Shown: piece by piece, positions 20,324-29,708 of the stretch
Layout: the number at the start of each line of letters is the position of its first letter
Numbering within the stretch: the stretch's first letter is position 1
Assembly (NCBI GenBank): GCA_963771465.1
Contig: CAVYTU010000017.1
Span: 96,001-160,000, forward strand
DNA length: 64,000 nucleotides
Reading direction: 5' to 3'
Source: an uncultured delta proteobacterium
Lineage (GTDB): Bacteria; Desulfobacterota; Binatia; UBA9968
Translations under genes and position numbers: made by a program
The notes under the pieces: generated by a model
The model's input: the letters and a program-made list of their open reading frames with translations, nothing else
The model's database searches: none
Told to the model about the DNA's origin: nothing

Positions 20324-21163
20324 CTAACGCCACGCGACGATTACGAAGCGAAGCCCCACTAAACCCAACGTCAGGGCAAGCCCGCGCAGTATCCAGTCCG
20401 CATGTAGACGACGCGATAATCGAGCTCCAAGCTGTGCGCCTAAAATAACTCCAGGCGTTAGCAATAGAGCCAGACTCATACCGTGATGGAGAGGGCCGGC
20501 GAAAAGATGCGTCACTGCGCCAGTGAAGGACATAAACGCGAGGGTGAAAAGACTCGTGGCTGTGGCAGTCTGCACAGGGAAATCGAGGATGTATATGAAT
20601 GCCGGAACGTAGATGAACCCGGCGCCGATGCCCAAAAAGCTGGAGAGAAAACCCAAGCCTGTGCTCAATACCGCGCCGAGCGCAAGTTTCAAAGATGATA
20701 AGCGGGAAATCTCGGTGCGCGATCTCTGTGTCTCGCCGCCGCTACTTTTTCGTCCCGGCCGAACCAGTAGCAGCACCGAGAAGATGTTCAATAGCGCGCC
20801 AAAGAGTAAATCGAATTTCTGACGATTGATGGATGCGGTGGTCACGGCGCCGAATATCGAGCCTGGGATCGCAGCCAGGGCAAATGTCACGCCGGTCTTG
20901 TATTCGATTTTTTTTGCGCGCGCGTAGACTATCGATCCGGAAAGCGCATTGAAGAAAACCACGATCAACGAAATACTGGTGATCGTTGCCGGCGCTTCAT
21001 TGGGATAAAGCAACAGCAGGACGGGCACCAAGATAAAACCTCCGCCCGCTCCGATGAGGGTCCCAAAGGCGCCAACGACGAAACCAAGCGGCAAAAGCCA
21101 AAGAGCATCATGCAGTAATTCACCCGACACGTTGTGGCCTAGGATGCGACCCTTTGACTTCAA
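20324..21163 (-). CDS. Sulfite exporter TauE/SafE family protein
   Basis: GAGGGFILVP and GIGAGFIYVP repeated motifs. Confidence 0.88.
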   Translation of the reverse strand: MKSKGRILGHNVSGELLHDALWLLPLGFVVGAFGTLIGAGGGFILVPVLLLLYPNEAPATITSISLIVVFFNALSGSIVYARAKKIEYKTGVTFALAAIPGSIFGAVTTASINRQKFDLLFGALLNIFSVLLLVRPGRKSSGGETQRSRTEISRLSSLKLALGAVLSTGLGFLSSFLGIGAGFIYVPAFIYILDFPVQTATATSLFTLAFMSFTGAVTHLFAGPLHHGMSLALLLTPGVILGAQLGARLSRRLHADWILRGLALTLGLVGLRFVIVAWR

Positions 21164-22320
21164 TAGGACTTCGGCATGCCAAGCACATGCTGTCCCAGAT
21201 AGGCCAGCACTAAATTGTTGCTCACTGGCGCGACCGTCAACAGGCGCGTCTCGCGAAATTTCCGCTCGACATCATATTCGACGGCGAAACCGTAGCCGCC
21301 GTGGGTGGTCAGACAGGCATTGGCCGCTTCCCAGGCAGCCTCCGAGGCGAGATACTTTGCCAGGTTCGCTTCGGCGCCGCATTTTGCTTTGTGGTCGAAT
21401 TTGGTCGCGGCTTGGTAGCGGACCAAATCAGCGGCTTCAATATTGGCGTAGGCCTTGGCGATGGGGAATTGCACGCCCTGATTTGCGCCGATCGGTTTGC
21501 CGAAAACGATGCGTTCACTGGCATACGTCGCCGCTCTCTCGACGAACCAGCGGCCGTCGCCGATCGCTTCGGCGGCGACGAGGATTCTTTCCGCATTCCA
21601 ACCGTCGATGATGTAGCGAAAACCCATGCCTTCGGCGCCGATCAGATTTTCAACCGGCACTTCAACATTATCGAAAAATAGCGCGTTGGTATGGTGGTTG
21701 ATCATCAGGTCGAGGGGCTTAACTTCAAGCTTTCCTTGATTAGCTTTCAGATCGACAATGAAGACCGAGAGACCGCGAGTTTTATCCTCCAGCTCGTCAT
21801 ATGGCGTGGTGCGCGCGAGAAGTAGCATCAAGTCGGATTGCAGCACCCGGGAGATGAAAATCTTTTGGCCGTTGATCAGATAGCGGTCGCCTTTTTTAAC
21901 AGCGGTGGTTTGGATGCGCGTCGATTCCGAGCCGGCGTTGGGCTCGGTGACGCCGAAGGCCTGCAAGCGCAGCTCGCCGGTGGCGATCTTCGGCAAGTAG
22001 CGTTGCTTTTGCTCGACGTTGCCGTGACGCAAGAGCGTCCCCATGGTGTACATCTGCGCGTGGCACGCCGTCGCAACCCCGCCGGAGTGATTGATTTCTT
22101 CGAGGATGATGCTGGCTTCGGTGATGCCGAGGCCGGTGCCGCCGTATTCTTCCGGGATCAACGCTGCTAACCAGCCGAGGGCGGAAAGTTTTTGCACGAA
22201 GGCTTCCGGATAGGACTTCTTGGCGTCGATGTCGCGCCAGTAGGCGTCGGGAAATTCTTGGCAGACTTTTTTGATTTCTTCGCGGATCTGTTGCTGCTCG
22301 GTGGTCAGGTTGAAATCCAT
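21160..22320 (-). CDS. Acyl-CoA dehydrogenase
   Basis: VTEPNAGS, NGQKIFIS, HGGYGFAVEYDVERKFRE. Confidence 0.93.
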   Translation of the reverse strand: MDFNLTTEQQQIREEIKKVCQEFPDAYWRDIDAKKSYPEAFVQKLSALGWLAALIPEEYGGTGLGITEASIILEEINHSGGVATACHAQMYTMGTLLRHGNVEQKQRYLPKIATGELRLQAFGVTEPNAGSESTRIQTTAVKKGDRYLINGQKIFISRVLQSDLMLLLARTTPYDELEDKTRGLSVFIVDLKANQGKLEVKPLDLMINHHTNALFFDNVEVPVENLIGAEGMGFRYIIDGWNAERILVAAEAIGDGRWFVERAATYASERIVFGKPIGANQGVQFPIAKAYANIEAADLVRYQAATKFDHKAKCGAEANLAKYLASEAAWEAANACLTTHGGYGFAVEYDVERKFRETRLLTVAPVSNNLVLAYLGQHVLGMPKSY

Positions 22321-22385
22321 TACTTCCCCCTATAATTAGCTAGACTATAGCTGAATGTCGTTTTTGCCTAAAGAGGAGGAGTGTC

Positions 22386-22892
22386 ATGGCCGTGAAGCCG
22401 GGCTGGGAAGGGCGTTATTTTGAAGACTTCGAAGTCGGTGATGTCTATCGCTGCCGATTGGGCCGAACCGTCACAGAAGCCGACAATATTTGGTTCACTT
22501 TATTGACCAACAACACCAACCAGATTCATTTTAACAACGAGTACGGCAAGCGCACCGAGTTCGGCAAGTGTCTGATCAACAGCGCGTTGACGCTGGCAAT
22601 CGTCGCCGGCATGGGTGTGGCCGATGTGAGCGAGAACGGTTTTGCCTTGGGCTGGGATGGTATCAAGCTGCCCAATCCACTGTTCGCCGGCGATACGCTC
22701 TACTCCGAATCCGAAGTACTGGAGAAACGTGAATCGAGCTCCAAGCCACAGTGGGGCATCATCAAGGTGCGCACTCGCGGCGTTCAACAGGAGGGCAAAG
22801 TCGTCATCGACTACGCGCGCAGCGTGATGGTTTGGAAAAAAGCTTTCGCGCCGAAAACGGATTTGTTTCCCGAGATTAAGGATAATAAATAG
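22386..22892 (+). CDS. MaoC-family (R)-specific acyl-CoA dehydratase
   Basis: GRYFEDFEVGD, RTVTEADNIWF...IH, PLFAGDTLY. Confidence 0.9.
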   Translation: MAVKPGWEGRYFEDFEVGDVYRCRLGRTVTEADNIWFTLLTNNTNQIHFNNEYGKRTEFGKCLINSALTLAIVAGMGVADVSENGFALGWDGIKLPNPLFAGDTLYSESEVLEKRESSSKPQWGIIKVRTRGVQQEGKVVIDYARSVMVWKKAFAPKTDLFPEIKDNK

Positions 22893-22900
22893 TGCTTTTG

Positions 22901-22942
22901 GTTCCAAGCGTTCCAGCCCTTCAAGACGTTCAAATCGTCTAA
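22901..22942. repeat. 9-bp tandem repeat with GTTCAA-like core
   Basis: GTTCCAAGC GTTCCAGCC CTTCAAGAC GTTCAAATC. Confidence 0.5.
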
Positions 22943-22961
22943 GCCGAGATACGAGGTAATC

Positions 22962-24161
22962 GTGGCAGAGAATCGCAAGCCATCGCGCGCGCTGGATGGC
23001 GTCAAAATCTTAGCTTTCGAGCAGGTGCTGTCGGGGCCGTTCGCCACGTGTCTGCTCGCTGATATGGGCGCCGAAGTGATTAAAGTCGAGCGTCCCGGCG
23101 TCGGCGACGTGATTCGCTCGTGGGATTCTGTGGTGAAGGGAATGTCGTCCGGCTATGTTTGGCTCAATCGCAACAAGCGCAGCTTGACCGTCGACGTTAA
23201 GAAAGAAAAAGGCCGCGCAATTCTTCAAGCGTTGGCAAAGCGGTCGGATATTTTTTTTGAAAACTACGCGCCCGGCGTGGCTGGCCGGCTTGGGCTCGGC
23301 TATGAAAAACTTTTCGAAGTGAATCCGCGGTTAATTTATTGTTCGCTCTCCGGTTACGGTCAAGACGGGCCGTACCGGGACGTCAAAGCATATGATCTCT
23401 TGATCCAAGGCGAAGGCGGCATCATCGCCACGACTGGCTATCCTGATAAGCCGGCGCGAGCGGGCATCGCTATCGCGGACATCGCATCTGGAATGTACGC
23501 GGCGATCGGCATTCTGCTCGCCCTCTATCAACGGGAGAAAACCGGCGAAGGGCAGTTGATCGATGTGTCGATGCTCGATTCGATCGTGTCATGGCTCGGT
23601 TATTTTCCGCACCACTACTGGCACGCCGGCGAGGAGCCGGGGCGCGTGGGTATGCGCCATCACTATGTCTGTCCGTACGGTCCGTATCTGGCCGGTGACG
23701 GCGAATACGTCAATCTGGCGGTGGCGAATCCGGCGGATTGGGATGTTTTCTGCAAAGTCGTCATTGAAAAGCCGGAGCTCTTGACCGATGCGCGTTTCGC
23801 AAGTGTTCAGGATCGGCGTAAGAATCGCACTCTCCTGGAAGAAACCATCGAGAATATTTTCGCCTCCCGCGATCACAAGCACTGGCTGGCTCAACTCAAA
23901 AAAGCCGATCTGCCGCACGGCATCGTCCGCGGTATCGCCCAGGTGCTGGCGCACCCGCAAGTGGCCGCGCGCAAACTTATCCGCGAAGCCGACTCGCCGG
24001 TGGGCCCCGTGCCGGTGATTGCCAACGCGCTGAAAATGTCAGCGAGCGAGGCGCGCTACGATCGCATTCCCGCCCTCGGCGAGAATAGCGAGGCGATTCT
24101 AAGCGAGCTTGGCTACGACTCTGAAGCTATTGCCATGCTACGAAGCGAAAAGGTCGTTTAA
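22962..24161 (+). CDS. CaiB/BaiF class III CoA transferase
   Basis: GAEVIKVERP..GD, NRNKRS, SGYGQDGPY, IAD catalytic Asp. Confidence 0.93.
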   Translation: MAENRKPSRALDGVKILAFEQVLSGPFATCLLADMGAEVIKVERPGVGDVIRSWDSVVKGMSSGYVWLNRNKRSLTVDVKKEKGRAILQALAKRSDIFFENYAPGVAGRLGLGYEKLFEVNPRLIYCSLSGYGQDGPYRDVKAYDLLIQGEGGIIATTGYPDKPARAGIAIADIASGMYAAIGILLALYQREKTGEGQLIDVSMLDSIVSWLGYFPHHYWHAGEEPGRVGMRHHYVCPYGPYLAGDGEYVNLAVANPADWDVFCKVVIEKPELLTDARFASVQDRRKNRTLLEETIENIFASRDHKHWLAQLKKADLPHGIVRGIAQVLAHPQVAARKLIREADSPVGPVPVIANALKMSASEARYDRIPALGENSEAILSELGYDSEAIAMLRSEKVV

Positions 24162-24181
24162 AGTTTCACCAGATTCGAATT

Positions 24182-24742
24182 ATGGGTAAGCCGGTGATTG
24201 GCGTCATGGGCGCGTCGTCCAACGATGGCCTTACGACAGGTGAGGCGAGTCGTCTGCGAACGCTCGCGCAGAATTTGGGTTCGGCAATTGCCGAGGCCGG
24301 CTGTATTCTCGCCACTGGGGTGACGACGGGCTTGCCGGATCTCGTCGCAATAGCTTTTCGCAAGCAAGGGGGCTTCGCGCTGGGAATCTCTCCGGCTGAA
24401 AATCGTCTCGATCATGTCACGCGTTACGGTCTACCTGAAGACGGCGCCGATGTGATGGTCTATACCGGTTTCGGCTACAAGGGCCGCAACGTCATCAACA
24501 TTCGCTCATCGGACATCGTGCTGATCATCGGCGGCGCCACCGGGACGCTCAACGAATTCACCATCGCCTACGACGAAGGAAAGATAATCGGCGTGCTTGA
24601 ATCGAGCGGCGGCATCGCGGCGCATCTGCGCGAAGTCATCGACTATTGCCAGAAGCCAACCACCGGCGTGGTCTATTTCGATAATGATCCGCAGGCATTA
24701 GTTACGCGCTGTATGTCCGCGCTAGCTGGCGCGACGCGTTAG
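24182..24742 (+). CDS. LOG/SLOG-family Rossmann-like protein (TIGR00725-like)
   Basis: VIGVMG, TG.TTGLP, RNVINI, GGATGTLNE. Confidence 0.78.
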   Translation: MGKPVIGVMGASSNDGLTTGEASRLRTLAQNLGSAIAEAGCILATGVTTGLPDLVAIAFRKQGGFALGISPAENRLDHVTRYGLPEDGADVMVYTGFGYKGRNVINIRSSDIVLIIGGATGTLNEFTIAYDEGKIIGVLESSGGIAAHLREVIDYCQKPTTGVVYFDNDPQALVTRCMSALAGATR

Positions 24743-24837
24743 GCGAGTAACGACAATTGCCGGGCGAATAACGTAAGCGCGTCGAGGTTGATTGTCGCCT
24801 ACGCGATGACCTAGGCACTTTTAAACAACCGTGTCGG

Positions 24838-25458
24838 TCAGCGTCCGACTTTCTGTCCGGCTTTGTTGGCCGCCCGCGCCTTCAGATAATTTCTCGCGAG
24901 TTCCTGGAGAGACTTGCGGTGTAAGCCTGATTTGCTCGCTTCTTCGACGGCCCGTTCCTCATCCCAGCCTCGTTCGGCTAGATTGAACATCATCATGTAA
25001 GGCGCGACCCGTTCGGCGAATGCGCAATTGATCAGCATCGGCTGATTGCGTTTATCGCGCAGCAAACCGAGGAATTCATCGACCTGGTTATGTTTGGGCA
25101 GCGTCGCAAGAACCGGCAGGTTAAAGTAGCGAAGTTGATTTTTCTCCACCATGAAACGTTCGCGCAGCAAATCCACACCGTCGCTCCGCGAGCGCAGGGT
25201 TAATACCGAACGAAAGCCGTTGGCCGCGGCTTTGGCGTACGCTTGATCCGACGGTTGGCCGCCGGCGGTCGGTTTGTCGTCTATGCAAAGGATAATCGGC
25301 GCGTCGACCTTAAGCAGTGCATCGAACTCACCGGCCAGTGGTTTTTGGCTTTGGCGCGGCTCTTGGGCTGAGCCGGCATACGGGGATGCCATAATGGCCA
25401 AAGCGCAAATCCCGGCACGCAGACCACCGCGATGATTGAATGAACTGGTTGGTTTCAT
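24838..25458 (-). CDS. Exported PTP-like/DUF442-type protein
   Basis: Signal-like N-terminus, GGQP, GFRSVLTLR, P.LINCAFAERV (CX4R). Confidence 0.65.
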   Translation of the reverse strand: MKPTSSFNHRGGLRAGICALAIMASPYAGSAQEPRQSQKPLAGEFDALLKVDAPIILCIDDKPTAGGQPSDQAYAKAAANGFRSVLTLRSRSDGVDLLRERFMVEKNQLRYFNLPVLATLPKHNQVDEFLGLLRDKRNQPMLINCAFAERVAPYMMMFNLAERGWDEERAVEEASKSGLHRKSLQELARNYLKARAANKAGQKVGR

Positions 25459-25497
25459 TCTCCGTGCCTGGACTTATCCACTGGTGAAAACATTCGG

Positions 25498-26502
25498 TTA
25501 CGATTTGAGATTAAATAATTCCGCCGCAGTTTTGCCGAGTATATTGGTCTTGTCAGTGGCCGAGCAGGGTGCTTGGCGCACCATTTCCAGAGATTCGATT
25601 ATGTTGGCGGCGCTTTTACATTCTAGAGGATAATCACTACCGAACATGATGCGGTCGGCTGTGGTGATATTCAAAGCCGCCGCCATCGACGGCAACCATG
25701 CGCCGGTGCCGGCGGTGTCGAAATAGAGACGTTGGAATAGTTTTTCAAAGCGATCCGTCATGCCGTATTTTTTCTGCTCGTTTTGGGTTTTTAGATAGCC
25801 GCGCATATCGGCTGGAATCGGCGCGTCGTCAGTTTCGAAAAACGCCATCATGCGGCCTTTGAGCGAAGAAGCAGCGCCGCCGAGATGGGGGATGATAAAG
25901 CGCAGCTCAGGATAACGCGGTAAAACCGCGTTCATAATGCGCACGATCGCTTGGGTCGTCTCCAGCGGTCGAAAGACGCAACGGTCGAGACTGTAGGTCG
26001 TCTCCGAGCCGGTCGGCTTTGACTGGGGGTGAAGGATGATGGGCAAAGCGTTCTTTTGAATGATCTCGTAGAGCGGAAACATGATCGGATTGTCCAGTTG
26101 GATGTCGAGATGGCACGCCAGCAGCGCGATCGACCGCAAGCCCAGGTCATGGATACCACGTTCGAGTTCGCGCTTGGCGCTCTCCGGTTCATGAATCGCC
26201 ATGTGAATCGCGCTGCGAAAACGGCTTGGGTGTTTTTTTTCGACCGCTGCGACGCCATCATTGAGTGCTCTCGCAACCTCAGCGCCCATCACCTGAACCT
26301 GGTCGGTAAGGATCGACACCGTGACGCCGGCTTCGTCCATCGCTTTGATATGGGCCTCGAGATCTTTGCGTGAGGGATGAAGCGTCAAACTGATTTCCTT
26401 GGTGACGATGCGTTTGCCGCCGGCCTGGTCGGCCAAACGATCGAACAGTAACGCGGGCATGTAGTGATGGTGTACGTCGACAATCATTTCAGTTGTAGCC
26501 AT
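25498..26502 (-). CDS. Amidohydrolase_2 family protein (ACMSD/decarboxylase-like)
   Basis: DVHHH, LHP, PHLGG, FGSDYP. Confidence 0.88.
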   Translation of the reverse strand: MATTEMIVDVHHHYMPALLFDRLADQAGGKRIVTKEISLTLHPSRKDLEAHIKAMDEAGVTVSILTDQVQVMGAEVARALNDGVAAVEKKHPSRFRSAIHMAIHEPESAKRELERGIHDLGLRSIALLACHLDIQLDNPIMFPLYEIIQKNALPIILHPQSKPTGSETTYSLDRCVFRPLETTQAIVRIMNAVLPRYPELRFIIPHLGGAASSLKGRMMAFFETDDAPIPADMRGYLKTQNEQKKYGMTDRFEKLFQRLYFDTAGTGAWLPSMAAALNITTADRIMFGSDYPLECKSAANIIESLEMVRQAPCSATDKTNILGKTAAELFNLKS

Positions 26503-26590
26503 GGCTTGTTGCTCCTTGGAATAGACAAATTTAGCAACTTGCAAGGTACGTCACGTCGCAGTGCCGTTCAAGCGAACGCTCACGTATGGC

Positions 26591-27304
26591 TCACGTCGTA
26601 ACGCTTCTCGCGGTTCGCGGCGGTGCCAGGTACGACACGACCATAACCACCAGCGGGACGACGCAGGCGTGCACGAAGAAATCTGCGGGAGTCCATGCGA
26701 AGCTCGCGAAATGCGGTGAAGCACAGGTCGGACAGAGATACATAAGCGGTCCGGCGAAATAAAAGGAATTGTGGACGCCGCCGAAAAGATATCTTTCGGT
26801 CACTAGCGGAATGACGCCGCCCAGTGTGATCGCGCTTGAAATCAGCGAAATATTGTCTAGGTGTTTATTCGAATAGCGAAAAAACAAGGGGGCGAGCAGG
26901 TAGATGTAAGCGGAATAAAATAATAACCCGATGTGAAAAGATTCAAATGGAGTGACGTGAAAAACCGAATGGAGACCAAAGTTTTTGAAAAATTCAACTT
27001 GCCCCGGACGGTCCCAGCGAAAAAATAGTGCCTTTGAGCCAATGTCAATCAACAAGAGAACTAGCAACATGCGCGTATAACGGCGGGATTTCTCCATCGA
27101 AGGTTTACGCCAACGACCGCGTATTTGATAACGCGGAATTTTGGTTAGTAACAACAGTCCGATGAGAATTCCGCTCCAGACCGCGGCGTCGTGGATTGCC
27201 GCGTGCTGTTGCGAGCCGTCATTTGGAATGAGGTCGAGCCACAAGGGGGCGAGCAGCGCGAGCACCAAAGTGGGAGCATAATATCGCTCGAGCAGGGCAG
27301 CCAT
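26591..27304 (-). CDS. Membrane protein with divergent lipoprotein signal peptidase II (LspA/A8) fold
   Basis: LLIDIGSKALF, GGVIPLVTERYLFGGVHN and HFASFAWTPAD follow the order of LspA motifs; two extra N-terminal hydrophobic segments. Confidence 0.6.
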   Translation of the reverse strand: MAALLERYYAPTLVLALLAPLWLDLIPNDGSQQHAAIHDAAVWSGILIGLLLLTKIPRYQIRGRWRKPSMEKSRRYTRMLLVLLLIDIGSKALFFRWDRPGQVEFFKNFGLHSVFHVTPFESFHIGLLFYSAYIYLLAPLFFRYSNKHLDNISLISSAITLGGVIPLVTERYLFGGVHNSFYFAGPLMYLCPTCASPHFASFAWTPADFFVHACVVPLVVMVVSYLAPPRTARSVTT

Positions 27305-28005
27305 TACGGACCGATTACCGTTCTCGCTGACGGCGTGCTGCGTGACAAAGCCGTGGGACTGCTCTCGAGACTTCGAATCAACCTGAGCGACACTTCGGCG
27401 AGCGAAGCGCAGACTAACGTCGCCTTGGAAAAATCATGATGGCGGGTTAAGCCGTTGGGCACCGCGATGCAGCGCATGCCCGCCGAATGAGCCGCGATCA
27501 CGCCTTTCTCCGCGTCCTCGAGCACCAGGCATTGTGACGGGGAGACACCGAGATTCTCCGCGGTTTTCAAAAATATGTCAGGTGCGGGTTTGACCCTTGC
27601 GACATCGAGTCCGCTGACGATGGTTTCAAAATAATGCGCGATTTTAAGTCCGGACAAGACGCCGTCGACCGCGTCGCGGTAGGAAGAAGAGGCGAGACCG
27701 ATTCTCAAGTTACCATTCAGCGCTTCAAGCACTTCGAGGGCGCCAGCCATCGGTCGCAACGAGGTTTCGAGCAGCGTGAGGTAATGTTCCGACTTTCGCC
27801 GGCGCAGCGCGTCGGGATCAACGCGCAAGCCGTGGCTCTCGACCCAGTCGACGATCCCGTTGCCATGGCGAATCCAGTGTTCGGCGTAGTCACTTTCGTC
27901 GAGTTCGGCATTTATTTCGGCAAGCGCCCACTGATAAGCGCGGCAGTGCAACTGCTCGGTATCGGCGAGAAGTCCGTCCAGGTCAAAAATTGCCGCGTTG
28001 ATCAT
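27304..28005 (-). CDS. HAD family phosphatase (beta-PGM/CbbY-like)
   Basis: FDLDGLLADTE, ASSS, KPAPDIF, EDAEKG. Confidence 0.9.
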   Translation of the reverse strand: MINAAIFDLDGLLADTEQLHCRAYQWALAEINAELDESDYAEHWIRHGNGIVDWVESHGLRVDPDALRRRKSEHYLTLLETSLRPMAGALEVLEALNGNLRIGLASSSYRDAVDGVLSGLKIAHYFETIVSGLDVARVKPAPDIFLKTAENLGVSPSQCLVLEDAEKGVIAAHSAGMRCIAVPNGLTRHHDFSKATLVCASLAEVSLRLIRSLESSPTALSRSTPSARTVIGP

Positions 28006-28083
28006 GGTTAGCCAATTGAGCTGAGCCTTTGATGAAGCTTATTTTACTTGACTTCCGATCGATTTTCATCACGCTTCGCATTT

Positions 28084-28126
28084 AGAAAAAACAAAGGGCC
28101 CTAACTCTTGCGAGCCGGGCCCTTTG
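28084..28126 (-). terminator. Rho-independent terminator downstream of the Spy/CpxP gene
   Basis: CAAAGGGCCC...GGGCCCTTTG stem followed by a T-run on the minus strand. Confidence 0.75.
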
Positions 28127-28148
28127 GCATCTCGTAATGCTATCAGGA

Positions 28149-28661
28149 TTAGGACTGCTGGCCGCGACGACCGCGAAAGCTCTCGTGTTTGGCCTGCATC
28201 AGGGTTTTAAGCTGGTCCCGTTGCGCCGTGGACAATACCGATCTACCGTTCTCCAGTGCTTCTACACGCAGGTAGCGCAGCTCCGAACGCACTTTCTCGG
28301 CTTCCTGAATCTTGCTCTTGAGCTGAATCAAGTTGGCCGGTGACTGCTGCGTCAAGCCGGCGATTTCCTTTTCAACCGCCCGAACTTGTTGGTGTAGCGG
28401 CGTCACCTGGCTTTGGTAATGACTCTTGATCTTCTCCAGATTTGCGACTTGCTCGTTGGACAAGTTGAGTTCGCTCTTGTGGTTAAGGGCGATGGTAATC
28501 AACGGCGCGCCGCCGGCAAAGCCGCCGCGCATATGGGCGCCTTGGGCGAACGGCCGCCTACCCGGCCCTGCGCCGTCCGGCGCCGCAGCCATCGGTGCCG
28601 ATACCATAGCGACTGTCGCAAAAGCCGCGCTACCCAATATTAAAGCCTTTATTCTGTTCAT
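28149..28661 (-). CDS. Spy/CpxP-family periplasmic protein
   Basis: Signal peptide, LNLSNEQ and VLSTAQR (LTxxQ-like) motifs; GGAGG RBS. Confidence 0.8.
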   Translation of the reverse strand: MNRIKALILGSAAFATVAMVSAPMAAAPDGAGPGRRPFAQGAHMRGGFAGGAPLITIALNHKSELNLSNEQVANLEKIKSHYQSQVTPLHQQVRAVEKEIAGLTQQSPANLIQLKSKIQEAEKVRSELRYLRVEALENGRSVLSTAQRDQLKTLMQAKHESFRGRRGQQS

Positions 28662-28687
28662 ATACCCTCCTTCAGGGTGTGAGATTT

Positions 28688-29550
28688 TCAACGATTAGAC
28701 GACCGTGAGGGGAAAACGTTTACCCAATGTCGACAATCACTCATCAGACTTGGCGCTGGATCGCTTGGCGCGCCGCTTACGAATTTTCCGCTCGGGTCTC
28801 GCGGCGCGCTATCCAAGAGCCGATCAAGCATGCGCTGCGGGTTCACTAGAAAGTCATGGGTCACTTGGTAATGCTCGGTTTGATAATAGTCGATCCGCTC
28901 GATGCCCTGGGTCGAGAGACTGTAAATGGTCGAATTTGGGTAGGCCATCAGGATTGGCGAATGCGTCGCGATGATGAACTGGGAATTGTGTTGAACCAAG
29001 TCGTGAACGCGTGTCAGGACGGAGAGCTGGCGCTGCGGCGAGAGCGAGGCTTCGGGCTCATCGAGTAAGTACAATCCCTCGCCGACGAAGCGGTTGAAAA
29101 GGAGCGCCATAAACGACTCGCCGTGGGATTGTTCGTGCAACGAGCGGCCGCCGTAGTAGTCGATGATTCGGCCGCCGACGCCTTCGGCATCGCGTCTTTC
29201 GATTTCCGTAGCGACGTTGAAATAGCTCTCGGCGCGGAAAAAAAGCTGTCAGACGGCTGGCGCACGCCTTTCACAAGGGTGATAAACCGCTTCAGTTCGG
29301 AATGTGAGGCACGCGTCTCGAAATAGAAGTTTCTCGATCCGCCTTCAGGGTTCAAGCCCCATGCGACGGCGATCGCTTCTAACAACGTCGATTTTTCCGA
29401 ACCGTTCTCGCCGACGATGTAAGTGACGGCGGGGTGCAGTTCGAGGCTGTGCAAATGACGAATTGCCGGAAGGGAAAAGGGATATAATTTGAACGACGGC
29501 ACGACGTCGCGGTTGAGCTGGACCTCGCGGACGTATTGATTGGACATCAT
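28688..29550 (-). pseudogene. COG3910-type ABC/AAA ATPase split by a frameshift
   Basis: Adding one T to the 7-T run at 29238-29244 restores FFRAESYFN...SLHEQSHGESF...LDEPEASLSP...ATHSPIL. Walker A reads GENGSEKST. Confidence 0.75.
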
Positions 29551-29708
29551 GGAATATCTTCCGATGCATGACGAAGGCTATTCGAGAGTGCGCTCTACGG
29601 TCAAGCCGATCGGACCTTGTTGACGAAAGAGCGATCGTGTAATACTCCGCGCAATTGAGGAAATATAACCCCATTCGACTCAATCATCGCAAGAAAGGGG
29701 AACCATCC

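Noticed and set aside
24182-24742. SLOG protein as an anti-phage or nucleotide-signalling component
   Set aside because: Stand-alone TIGR00725-like protein with no TIR, sirtuin or effector partners nearby.
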